A stretch of DNA of 64,000 nt, from positions 27,218,001 to 27,282,000 of the forward strand of contig NC_135667.1 of NCBI RefSeq assembly GCF_964188315.1. Direction: 5' to 3'. Shown piece by piece: positions 10,371 through 22,593 of the stretch. Made by a program: the position numbers and the translations under genes. The notes under the pieces were generated by a model. That model was not told the DNA's origin and ran no database searches. It saw nothing but the letters and a program-made list of their open reading frames with translations. Position 1 is the first letter of the stretch. Every line of letters starts with the position of its first letter. This DNA is from Podarcis muralis. Its lineage: Eukaryota.

Positions 10371-12004
10371 GCATACAATTATTGTGGTTCTTTATGTAGC
10401 CCACTGTGGGTAGCTCACTGTATCATCAGCCCATACATACATACATCTGAAACTAGCACTGAAATCCATGGAACTTATATTAGTCATAATGTGAGCAGAA
10501 GTCTGGAAAATGCAACTTAGTCAGACTGCACTTCTCCAGCGATTTACTTCTGTCTGATCAGATAGAATTAGGATTGCACCTTGAATTCAGATTGAACTCA
10601 GTATATTTACAACAAAGGAAAGGAAGTCCTCTAACACTCCACCACCATGAAAAACATAATTAACGTGTATAATCTTATTGTCACAAGGTGACACAATGGC
10701 CATTAGACAACTTTAAAAGGGAGTTAGAAAATAAGAGAACAAGAAGAATATTCCTTGAAAGAAGACTGGAAACTGTTTCCTGATTATATGGGTGAAAATT
10801 GTGTACATTTAAAAACACTGGTAGCATTAAGATAAATTCAACAGTGTAAACAAGTTTTGATGGTGTAACAATGGATTACTGAATGGTTTAGTTCGTTTAA
10901 AATATGCAGGGATGTACGGTATGCAAAATGAACCACAGAAAGAGAGGAAGGGAAGTCATTGATTTAAGGTTGTTTAAATAAATATTTTGAAATGTAAATT
11001 AGAAAAATCTAATAAAAACTATGCATAATATAATAAAAGGGAATTACATTAGAAACGCCCCCCAGTGGATCAAAGTATCCCCAACTGTAAGCCAGGATAG
11101 ATAATAATGAAACATCAACATGCAGAGGAGGTATGACTCTGTATACCAGATGCTGGGGACAAATTACAAGGCAAGGGAAATGCCATCAGTTTCATGGCAG
11201 CATCAGGGAGGAGGTCCATGACGGGTGACCATTGTTTGAAACAAAGCGTATCGGACGAGATGAACCATTGGTCTGATCTATCAAGAAATTTATTATATTA
11301 TTACAGGAGACAAAGTCATAACTGATCTTGTCCTAAATTCTCATTTAACATCCTTAGAAGGAAAAGGAAAGACAGTAACTCACCATAGCAATGCCTTAAT
11401 CTTCCAGAGTTTTTGGCACCTGTTCACAAATTTTCCCTCACTTGTGAAAAATGAAAGACATGAAAATTACCTACAAATATTAGAGAATAGGATAGTGTGT
11501 GCCATAGTTTAGGCATTTTAAATAAGTCCACAACTATCCCATGGATCAATGAAATTTAAAAAATGCATTGCCTCCATCTAGGGTGAGGGAAGAAAGAAGC
11601 TGCAGCCAGGAACAGGACATGTTTGTGGTAGTTTTCACAACTGACAAAAAACTCCTGATTCATTGAAGGTTTAGATAACAACATTCTCTAACTTGGTCAC
11701 TTTCCAGGATTGTCATCTTATCCACAGGGAGATAATCCACTCTGTACTGTAGTTCATTAGAGAGCACTTGCACATTAGCAATTAAATTTTTTTTTTCTCC
11801 TCAGTGACAAATGTACCCAAAGATCAGGAAAAAAAACTGTTTATTTATGCAACAACAGCTGCCCAGACAATTTATGCCAGGCACAGGCAAACACGGCCCT
11901 CCAGATGTTTTGGGACTGCAATTCCCATCATCCTTGACCACTGGTCCTGCTAACTAGGGATCATGGAAGTTGTAGGCCAAAAACATCTGGAGGGCCGAGT
12001 TTGC
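10095..12004 (+). repeat. Segmental duplication, copy 2 (immediately 5' of the minus-strand OR)
   Basis: Matches 4859-7433 apart from the hAT insertion and (CA)n length. Confidence 0.95.
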
Positions 12005-12415
12005 AAATGCGTGATTTATGCACAAAGATGGAAATAAGAAACAGTCCCAACCAAGGAGGATTGGCAGATGAAATTGATGGACTATGCAGGGATGGCTAAA
12101 CTCACATAAGGAAACAGGAAGAAAAAAATTCAGTAAAGAATGGGAAAATTTGTGGACTATTTGAAAAATTATTGCGAACAACTTAAATCATTAGCAGGCT
12201 TAGCATAAACTGAGCAGTTAAGATATAAATGAAATAGAATTTTTAGGTGAAAAACAAATTAATAAAGAATTAATTTGGATATGTAGCAGTAAAGATAAAA
12301 TGTAAGGAGCCAAAGAGAGGAAATATAATCAAATTGTAGGTTTGTTCTCTTTCTTTCATCTGTAATTAAACTTGTATGTTTGTTGTAAAACTGAAAAACT
12401 ATTTAAAGAAAATAC
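12005..12415 (+). mobile_element. L1-clade LINE 3' fragment
   Basis: Degraded ...RWK.ETVPTKEDWQMKLMDYA... ORF2 C-terminus, AT-rich 3' UTR and A-rich end. Confidence 0.7.
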
Positions 12416-14162
12416 ACTGACAAATGAAGAGGAGGACACAGAGGAGTAGAGAAGGGGTATATTTTCAGCTATATTGGAAACCTAATATTGGAGTCATCCT
12501 CTTAAAAAGTATAACAGTAGGGATTTTCATCCATTTTTATTCATTCAGAATCAAATCAAATTCTGCTTTATCTTGGGGTAGGGTATGTGGCTTCCCACCA
12601 CTATCTCCAGTGCCCCAGAATGACACAAGTTCTAGTGGCATTCTGGGAACGACCTTCTCAGCCATTATGTCATTTTTGTTAAGGTTCTGATCATGCCCAT
12701 TGGGTACCATAGGTTGTGACCAATATTAATCATTTTCAGAATAGACCTATTGAAATGAATGCCGATCATTAATCTAGGTACATTATTTTCAATCAGTCTA
12801 CTCTGAGGAGAACTTAGTTTAAGACAACCCCAAGTTATAGAAAACTATAATTATTGTCTTCCTCAATCACTGTGCATTTTTTATTTTATTTTTATTTTTT
12901 AATTCATTTTGTTTCTCAAGCAGTTGCTTGAGGTTGCTATTATGTTTCCAGTGGTACATAAACTCACAATCACAACTGCTTTTCATACTTAACACATTTC
13001 AACATGGTATAAATACAACTATTTCTTCACGAAAGGAATAAGTTGGTTTATTATTTTAACCAACAGAAATTAGAATCCAGACTAAAGTATCAAAATGAAT
13101 ACATGCCATCACCAATAAATAGAGGATTAAAATGCTAAAGCCATAAACGAACACAAAGCGTAATTGTATTTTGGCATACTTTGAAAACTAATATGATGTA
13201 CAACTGTGCTAAAGAATTGGATGTTGCTTTAGTAATGCAGTAGGTACCAGAAGGCACAATTTCAGCAAGTGCTTGTTCAAGTTAATCTTTCTGTAAGAGA
13301 TCTAACTAGATTTGAAAGATGTGCTCTAGAAGCTATTTTATGCCAAGTTTTAAAAGCATCTTCAATCTGTCAGTGTGCATCTTTTGGTGAAGAAAGTATT
13401 GATCTGACGTGTAAAGATCTTTCCTATTCTAATTGATTCAAGAGGGTTCTGGAAGCTTCCCTGTGTGATACAAACTAGTGCAAGCTGGAAGTTTCTAGCT
13501 GACACGTAAGTTTCTATTCTGCCTAGAAACAAGCAGAAGGTTCCTGATGTTTGGGTTCTTCCTTCAGAGAAGCTGAACAGCTGGTTTAAACTGATTCTAT
13601 TATCTCTTCCACTCGTGGTCATGCTGACTATAATAAAAGGCCAGAAAGAGCCTGAGTTTCGCTTTCTATCTTTCTCTTTCCTTCTGGTGTGGTGTTCTGT
13701 ACATAGTATGCTTAGTGTTAAGGTTTTAGTCTTATTATAAGTTGTTGTAAGTTTAGGTTAAGTCTGCTGCAACTGGATTTCTTATGGACAGTACCAATCC
13801 TGAATGTATGGATTTGTGACCATTAGGCGCATTTACCTTCAGTAGCAGTAGTAAAACTCTGCTGGATGGAATATTAATTGCCTGTGGTCTATTTTGGGGG
13901 AATCCTGCAAAGTGCTATGTCTTTTTTACTCTGCTAACTATACGCTGGAGTTCTGCTCTGGATCAATATGAGCAGAATTCATGACACAATCTTGACATTA
14001 AAACTATGGAGGTGGCCTAAGAGCAAGATATTTTTTGTTGGAAGAGAGGACTTAGCTAATGTTGCAGTGGACAAGCAACATTGTGAATGACCTTAACTTG
14101 TAACAATACAAACAAAACTAAATTTTAAACAATACCTTGCAATCATTTTGTGAATAAAAACA

Positions 14163-14535
14163 ATAATAATTTATTATTTGTATCCCGCCCGTCTGGCTGG
14201 GCGGCTTCCAACAAAGATTAAAAATACATTAAAATGTAACACATTAAAAACTTCCCTGAACAGGGCTGCCTTCAGATATCTTCTAAATGTCAGGTAGTTG
14301 TTTATTTCTTTGACATCTGATGGGAGGGCATTCCACAGGGTGGGTGCCACTACTGATAAGGCCCTCTGCCTGGTTCCCTGTAGCTTTGCTTCTTGCAGTG
14401 AGGGAACCACCAGAAGGCCCTCAGAGGTGGACCTCAGTGTCTGGGCTGAATGATGGGGGTGGAGACGCTCATTCAGGTATACTGGGCCAAGGCCGTTTAG
14501 GGCTTTAAAGGTCAACACCAACACTTTGAATTGTG
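14163..14535 (-). mobile_element. L2-clade LINE 3' end
   Basis: VLTFKALNGLGPVYL...ALSVVAPTLWNALP...YLKAALF is the typical L2 ORF2 C-terminus, followed by a (TAA)-rich tail. Confidence 0.8.
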
Positions 14536-14539
14536 CTCA

Positions 14540-14712
14540 GAAGCACAATTCTTTACCTCTCAGTAGCTGCCTGGTGTTTACATCCAGTCTCATAACGATA
14601 ATATAGCATTTGGGAAGAAAAATGAAGTCCGGTAATGCAATATTGGAGACTAAGGTGGAGAAGATCTCCACAGTCACCATATATTTTCCTTTGGCGCTGA
14701 AGTAGCAATGCA
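14540..14712 (-). pseudogene. V2R remnant (TM6-TM7 and C-tail)
   Basis: SAKGKYMVTVEIFSTLVS...FIFLPKCYIIVMRLDVN aligns with [18 protein letters not shown]...[16 protein letters not shown] of the intact V2R at ~57.1-57.2 kb; flanked by TEs. Confidence 0.85.
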
Positions 14713-15293
14713 GAAACCACACACGGACACACTGGCGGAGGAAGGGGTGTGTGGTGAGTGTGGTCCACCCCTGGTGTCATCACTGAGGGGGGATGACATT
14801 GCCCCCCCGCCCCCCCTGGGACACTTACCCCGCCCCAGGTGTGCAGCTAGCTCCACCTCTGCGTGGACATAGGAAAAAACAACCCCAACCGCTCCCCCCC
14901 AAAAGACCCACATGCTGAAGGAGATAAACTTGAATCCCGATTGAGTCATACTTTGAACCAGTGCTTGGAAAGTTAATTTTTAAAATGAATTTTCCCCCAT
15001 TCCCATTCTTCCCTCCAAAAAGGAATTCATTCCAGTTCAAGTTCACCCCCTCCAAAAAGGAACTAATCCTGCTCCAGTTCAATTCACAATTCAATTCACA
15101 ATTCATCCATGTGGTCCTTGGCAGGTTTTTTTTCAGTCTTCAGAATTTTGCTAGCTGCTCTGCTAAATTACAAAATATACTTAAGAATATCAAGAAAGCA
15201 TCAACACACACACACAGTGTAATGTGAACAATGGTTTTATTTGTTTTCCCCAACAATTGATCTTTAAGTTTAAAAAAATCACTTTTCAGAGAG

Positions 15294-15345
<52 letters not shown>

Positions 15346-15660
15346 CACCACCCCACCCATCTGGCTGGGTTTCTCCAGCCACTCTAGGCAGCTTACAGCA
15401 TACATAAAGAATTGTAAAGCATCAGACATTAAAAATTTCCTGATACAGGGCTGCCTTCAGATGGCTTATAAAAGTCAGATAGTTGTTTATTTGGGAGGGT
15501 GTTCCACAGGGCAGGCACCACTACCGAAAAGGCCCTCCCTCGTTCCTTGTAACCTCATTTTTCACAGTGAAGGAACCACCAGAATGCCATTGGAGCTGGA
15601 CATCAGTGAACTGAACGATGGGGCTGGAGACGCTCCTTCAGGTATACAGGGCCAAGGCCG
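15294..15660 (-). mobile_element. L2 3' end with long (AAT)n tail (15294-15344)
   Basis: Homologous to 14163-14535; perfect AAT run at the tail end. Confidence 0.8.
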
Positions 15661-18600
15661 TATTAAATGGTAAATACAATGGTCACAATCAAACACAGAG
15701 CTAAATCCGATGAAATTTTCTTAAGTTTTAACAAATTAAAACTTAAATTGCATTGAATTAAAAATTGTCCAAAGTTCCACTGCTAAAGGAATTTAATTCT
15801 TGTTCAGTTCACCAGGAAATTATAAGGTACTTTCAGGTGTAATTAATTTTGAATTATTCAGTTATTAGTTAATCTGCATTAGTTAATTCCTAGGACTAAC
15901 TTGAATTCAGTGGGGCTAACTACTGAGTAGACATGTATGGGAATGTTCCATAACACAGGAGTAACATAATCTGGATCCAGCCCAATGAAATGTTTACATA
16001 TGCATCATAAACTGTATATGTAAAAGGATATTTAACAGTTTATGTAAAAGCTTAAAAGATAAACCAAATAAAGGAATGGATAAGGAAGATCCCACAAGGT
16101 ATCACAATGTCTCCAGGGGCTAAGGCTGCTGTGGTTTCTAACTTTTAAAACCCAAGATGCTTCATAGATAATTGCTCAGTGGGGAATAGGGAGGGCTCAA
16201 TATAGCTCAAACATGAGAACCTGAACTTAAGTAACTTTTACCCAAAGTTCTTAAACGTTTCCCATGACTAAACGTTTTCTTACTTTTTGCAGGAAGATTA
16301 CACAGCAGTGGAGGTAAGATGCATGGAAGAGATGGGACCCAATTTAGAAAACATCAGTCTTGTAGGGGTTTTTTTAGGATTATTTTTTCTCTATGTTTTT
16401 AGCTTGGAAGGACAAATAAAAGAGTCTCTCATGGTGAAAATGCTCCTAATTTTGAGAGCTAATTCCGAGAGCAGTAAGCTTCATTAAGCACCTGCCAAGG
16501 ACCACAGTCATTTTATTTTAATATGTATTTTTTTAATAACTGCTGGTTTTACTTGCATTTTGAAAAATGTTTAGGTTGCCTTGTTTTAAACATCTGATTT
16601 ATAAATCATTGTCATTTTCTTTGTAAACTGCTTAGGTTTTTTTAAAAATAATTAAGCAGTATATAATTCCTGTTTAATAAAGAAAAAAAACCACTCTCTT
16701 ATCTTTTAAAACTGCCCTGGAAATCCTGATGAAGGCATGTATATAAATCTTTTAAAATAAAGCAAACATCTTGAATTCAATGGCAGTTAAATATGCCTAA
16801 ATCTAGATCCAGCCAATTGCATTTTTGTGAAACTTTGTGAATTGCTGTTGCATAGCTATAACTCCCAAGTCAGTTTTTGCAATCCTTGTGAAGAATTTCA
16901 CAGCTTTGCCTATACTACTAGAGGATATTGGTTTATTTTAATTTACTCCTAGAAATTTCAAGACCAGTTGTTAACAATCAACTTTAGGTGCTAACAAATG
17001 GCCTGTTTATAATTATTTGCTCTTGTCAGGAATGAGTATGGTTGCTCCCGAGGTAAACAGCCGACCTGCCTTTTACAGGTTTTATTGGTTGCAAAAACCA
17101 TGTACAGTGCAGAAGTCCAAAATCCATGTCTGCCTCTATCACTAGCAGATTCTGAGAGTGGTTTCTTCCGGTTTCCCCTCTAGCACCAAAGCCGAGACAA
17201 CCCCCTTCTCCTCCTCTTTTCCTTACGTTTAATTCCCTGGCGAAAACTATGCGACGGTAGCTGCACTTCAATCTCCCTTTCTGTTTGCCTGGGTGCAGCG
17301 CTGTGGCTCACCTGAGCCTGTGTGAGCCTTTGCCCCCCCCCCATCCGTTTCTCCTGAGGCTTCACCTTCACCAGTCTCTGGCGAGGTGCTTGTGCTTTCC
17401 TGCCTCCCTCCCCTCTCTTGATGGCAGTCCACTGGCAGCTCTCTTTTTTAAAAGTATTTTTATTAATTTTTTAACGTTCATTTTCAACAATTATTAAACA
17501 TACTTTTATATCTTATGCAAATTTTTTTGACTTCCATCAATCACATCTGAAATTTTTCCAGTCTTTTCTCTTAATATACATTTCTTACATTCACTATTAC
17601 ATTTAAATCTCATAAATAATGTCTCTCTTTGCAATATTTCATATATTTCTCCTTACAAAACTTCTTCTAATCCTACTAGCGTAATTTATTGATTACAGTT
17701 GCTCTTCAAATAGTTTGGCTATTTCTTCCAATCTTCTGTAAATCTCCGGTCCCACAGGTTTCGAATCCTTCCTGTCATTTTATCCAATTCTGCGTAGTCC
17801 ATTAATTTTGTCTGCCATTCTTCTTTCGTCGGTATTTTTTCTTGCTTCCATTTCTGAGCCAACAATACTCTTGCCGCTGTTGTTGCATATAAGAACAATT
17901 TTACATCCTGTCTATTAATATACTCACCTATAGTGCCAAGTAAAAATGCTTCTGGTTTTTAAAAAAATGTATATTTCAACATCTTTTTCATCTCATTATA
18001 TATCACTTCCCAGAGGTTTTTTACTTTCTCACATTCCCACCACATATGATAAAATGTTCCTTCTTTTTCTTTGCATTTCCAACATTTATTATTTATCTTA
18101 TACATTTTGGCTAATTCCACAGGTGTAATATACCATCTATACATCATTTTCATCATATTTTCTTTCAAGGCATTACAAGCTGTAAATTTTATTATTTCTT
18201 TCCACAACCTTTCCCATTCCTTAAGCTGTATGTCGTATCCGTAAAACTAACATTTTAGTCTTTCTTTTGTTTAATTTAAAACCTGCTACTTGTCCAAATT
18301 GTTCTATTTCTTCAGTAACCTATTTGTCTTTGTTTAATGGTTCTTGTATAGTTAGTACCAAGTCGTCTGCAAAGGCTTTCACTTTATGTTCTTTCCAGTC
18401 AACTGAAATTCCTTTTATTTTCTCATTTTCTCTGATTGTCCTTAGGAAGACTTCCAGTATCGATATGAATAGTAGCGGTGAAAGTGGACACCCTTGTCTT
18501 GTACCCTTCATAATTTCAATATTTTCAGTTATTATATTATTTACTATCAGTTTTGCTTTTTGATCAGAGTATATCACTTTTATACCTTTTATAAATGATT

Positions 18601-18987
18601 GTCCAATATCCATTAATTCCAAGTTCTTTATCATATATTCCCAAGCCTTTTCCGCATCTGCAAACATTAACATCGATTGTTTATCATTCCTTGCCATCAG
18701 ATATTCAATTATGTTCACAATATTCCTTATATCATTTTTCATCTGACAGCCAGGAAGAAAACCTGCTTGATCTTTATGTATTATCTCATTCATTATTTTT
18801 TCAACCTATTTGCTAATATACTTGCAAATAATTTATAATCATTATTTAACAGTGAAATTGGCCTATAATTCTTCACTTGTAATAAATCAGAGTCTGGTTT
18901 GGGTATTAATTAAATATATGCTTCTTTCCATCACTTCTTTCATTGGTACAAGTAGGGTGTGCTTTCATTCTTTATAATATTTCACTG

Positions 18988-21945
18988 AAATGAATAATAT
19001 ACTGGGAGGGGAAAATATACCACAATCCTGGAAAGAAGCACTGATCACTCTAATCCCGAAACAGGGAGTGGAGTTGACAGACATGAAAAATCATAGACCA
19101 ATCTCCCTGTTGAATACAGACTATAAAATCTATGCTGGGGTGATGGCTAATAGATTAAAAAAGACTCTAAACAAAATAATCAGCAGAGACCAGGCGGGCT
19201 TCTTACCGGATAGACATATAAAAGACAATACAAGAATAATAATTGACCTGTTGGAGTATGTGGAAATGAAACCAAGTAAAAAGATGGCCATGTTATTGGT
19301 TGAAAGCTTTTGATAGAGTATCATGGAATTTCCTACTGAAAACTTTCAAAGGTCTGGACATAGGGGAGAAAATAATTAATGGAATTAGGGCGATATATGA
19401 TAACCAAAAAGCAAAATTGCTAATAAATAACGAGATCACAGAAGAGTTCAGCATCGAAAGGGGGACAAGACAGGGGTGCCCTCTCTCCCCACTTCTTTTT
19501 ATTGCCACCTTGGAACCACTTTTAATAGCAATAAGAAAGGATAAAAACATAAGAGGAATTAACCTAGGAACTCGATACTACAAAATTAGAGCCTTTGCAG
19601 ATGATGTAATTGTAACCACTGAAAACCCAGTGGAAAGTATCCAAAAAACGCTTGCACAACTGGAAGAATTTGGGAAGGTCTCTGGGTTCAAACTGAATAA
19701 AGGAAAATCCAAATTATTAACGAAAAATTTACATAAGTCAGAACAAGAGGAACTGGAAAATACAACAGGTTTAAAGGTAGCCAATAAGGTAAATTATTTG
19801 GGGGTTTGGATCACCAATAAGAATATAAACTTATATAAGGACAATTATGAGAAGAAGTGGAAGGAAATGAAACAAGAATTAGAGACTTGGGGGAAATTGA
19901 ATTTGTCCCTGTGGGGGAGAATATCCACAGTTAAAATGATGGTACAGTGGTACCTTGCAAGACGAATGCCTTGCAAGACGGAAAACTCGCAAGACGAAAG
20001 GGTTTTTTGTTTTTTGAGCTGCTTCGCAAGACGATTTTCCCTATGGGCTTGCTTCGCAAGACGGAAATGTCTTGCAAGTTTGTTTCCTTTTTCTTAACAC
20101 CATTAATACAGTTGCGACTTGACTTCGAGGAGCAACTCATAGCACGCGGTGTGGTAGCCTTTTTTGAGGTTTTTGAAGACTTTGGTGATTTTTGAAGCTT
20201 TTCCAAAACTTTTCCGACACCGTGCTTCGCAAGACGAAAAAAATCGGAAGACGAAAAAACTCGCGGAACAAATTAATTTCGTCTTGCGAGGCACCACTGT
20301 ATTGCCAAAGATGATTTTTATGTTCCAAACAATACCTATAAATAGAGGCATAAAGTGTTTTAAGGAATGGCAGAAAGACCTTGCCAAGTTTATTTGGCAA
20401 GGGGAAAAACCACGCATAAAATTTAAGCTACTAACAGAGTTGAAGGAAAAAGGAGGCTTTGTGGTCCCTGACCTTAAACTGTACTTTGAGGCAGCGTGCT
20501 GGACATGGATTAAGGACTGGATATTAATTAAAAACACGGGAGTCCTAGATCTGGAGGGATGGGATATTTTGTACGGGTGGCATGGCTACATAGGCTATGA
20601 CAAGGTTAAATCCCACAAAGGATTTTTAAATCATATTGTGAGAAGGGCATTATATGGAGAGGAGTAAAAAATCAGTAGTAACCAAAACACCATGGTGGCT
20701 GTCACCAATGGAATCTATGTCGGTTCACAGGATAAATATGAACTGCGATTGGCTAACATATAAGGATTTAGTAGAGGAAACAAGTAGTGATCCGAAAATA
20801 AAGGACCTAAGTGAATTGAAACAGAAGGGAATAACCTGGCTGGAGTATTATCAACTAAAAGCCGCCCTTGAAAAGGATAAAAAAACCAAAGGATTTGACA
20901 AAAAAATATCCTATCTGGAGAAGGATATTTTATATAATAATCAAAAGACACTTTCAAAAATATACAAACTACTTTTGAATTGGCAAAGAAAGGAGGAAGA
21001 TATCAAAGAAATTACAGTAAAATGGGAGAGGGACCTGTGACATATGATCAAACCCAATATTTGGAATGAATTATGGACTAAAAATATAAAATTCACGGCT
21101 TGTTTCCTTATAAGGGAAAATCTTATGAAAATGTACTATAGGTGGTACCTGACCCCTGTAAAACTTGCAAAAATAAATAAATCAGACAATAACAAGTGCT
21201 GGCAATGTAAGGAACAGATAGGAACATACTACCATATGTGGTGGTCCTGTCTAGAGATACAAAGATTTTGGAACATGATTTATGAAGAGATAAAGAGATT
21301 GATAAAAACTACATTTAGCAAGAAACCGGAAGAATTTTTACTAGGAGTGGTTTCAGATAATATTCCCAAAAACAAAACTAGGCTATTTGTGTATGCAACG
21401 TCAGCAGCAAGGGTTATAGTGGCAAAACACTGGAAAGATAAAAATACACCCACTAAAGAGGAATGGGTAGTCAAATTGTGCGAGTACTTGGAGCTCACAA
21501 AGCTGACAGGTGCAATAAGAGATAAACCTAAAAAGTTGGTGAAAGAAGAATGGGAATGTTTAAATAATTATTTAGGGGACAAGGGCTCAGCAAGACAGAT
21601 CTGGCTATGTTTAGAATGATACCGCATAGAGAAATGTTCCCTGATGCCAAGATGAGGGATTCCTCTGGAATGCAGATAGAGATAATTGATAAGAATAATG
21701 ATCTGTTGTGAGCTTGACGGAAGTGTACAATAGATGAGCTTTCCTGCTTTGGCTCATCTTCCCTTTTCTTCTTCTTCTTTTTTTTTCTTTTATCTTCCCC
21801 ATAGTTGCTTATGTTCTGTGTCATGTACTTCGATATTTTTTTAAGTTTTTTTAGTTTTTTTGTCATTGCTATTAAGGAATTTTCCTTTGTAATTTTGGTT
21901 GTCTATATTTATATGTACCTGTTTAAAGCAAAATAAAAGTTTAAA
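18988..21945 (+). mobile_element. 5'-truncated L1-clade LINE inserted in opposite orientation into the host L1
   Basis: RPISLLNTDYKI, QGCPLSPLLF, FADDVIV, CWQC...HMWWSC, ORF2 stop at 21619, AATAAA-rich end; 12-bp TSD AATATTTCACTG at 18976-18987 and 21946-21957. Confidence 0.9.
19945..20299. mobile_element. Tigger/pogo-like MITE inside the inserted L1
   Basis: TA-CAGTGGTACC...GGCACCACTG-TA; removing it restores L1 ORF2 (TVKMMV-LPKMIFMFQ). Confidence 0.9.
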
Positions 21946-22158
21946 AATATTTCACTGTAAATTCCTCTATCTTCTTTGCATCTTCTTTTCCAGTTTTTTT
22001 AATACAATTGTTTATAAAAATTAACAAATCCTTTTCTGATTTTCTACTACTTTTCCGTCCAATATTATTTTATTTATTGTGCTTTGAGCTTTTCTTTTTT
22101 TAATTCGCCATGCCAACCATTTACCTGATTTATTGGCATATTCAAAATTCTTCGGTCT

Positions 22159-22593
22159 TGTAATGGGAATTGGGGTTGCTTGTGCGTAAACTCCAAACTG
22201 CTCCAAGCTGGTTGTACAGCTAAACCTTTCCCTGGTTTGACAGCCCTTACAACGCGACTGTCTCAGTCACTGGCAGAATCTGTCAGTGGGCGTTTCCTAA
22301 ACTTCTTCCAACATAAGAATTCCTTGACTCCAAGTCTCCTCCTAGATTCTCTGCGCGGAAGCTTTCTGCGCAGTGTGGGCGTGCCAAGCGGAGGTCCTGT
22401 GCTCTCCCCGCTGATCTCACTGGAAGTGTCTCGGAGCCTTCCCTCCGAAGTACTCTCACCCTCCCCTTTCTTCCTGGTGTCACCTTGATTCCCTTCCCCA
22501 GCGGAAGCTCTCTCTCTCTCCTTGCTAGTTCCCTCCCCTGCATCATTGGGGCGACTTCCCTCTCCTCTTGTCTCTGATGGCAGTTCCCTGACA
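22159..22593 (-). mobile_element. Solo LTR inserted in the host L1
   Basis: TG...CA ends; 5-bp TSD GGTCT at 22154-22158 and 22594-22598; removing it restores NIKRMR-PKNFEYANKSGKWLAW. Confidence 0.85.

Noticed and set aside
13220-14000. LTR-like stretch (also 48950-49270 and ~62465-62790)
   Set aside because: Looks like solo LTR sequence, but I could not confirm ends plus a matching TSD, so it is not listed as a feature.
15140-15673. Poly-Asn and poly-Ile ORFs
   Set aside because: Translations of the (AAT)n tail of an L2 fragment.
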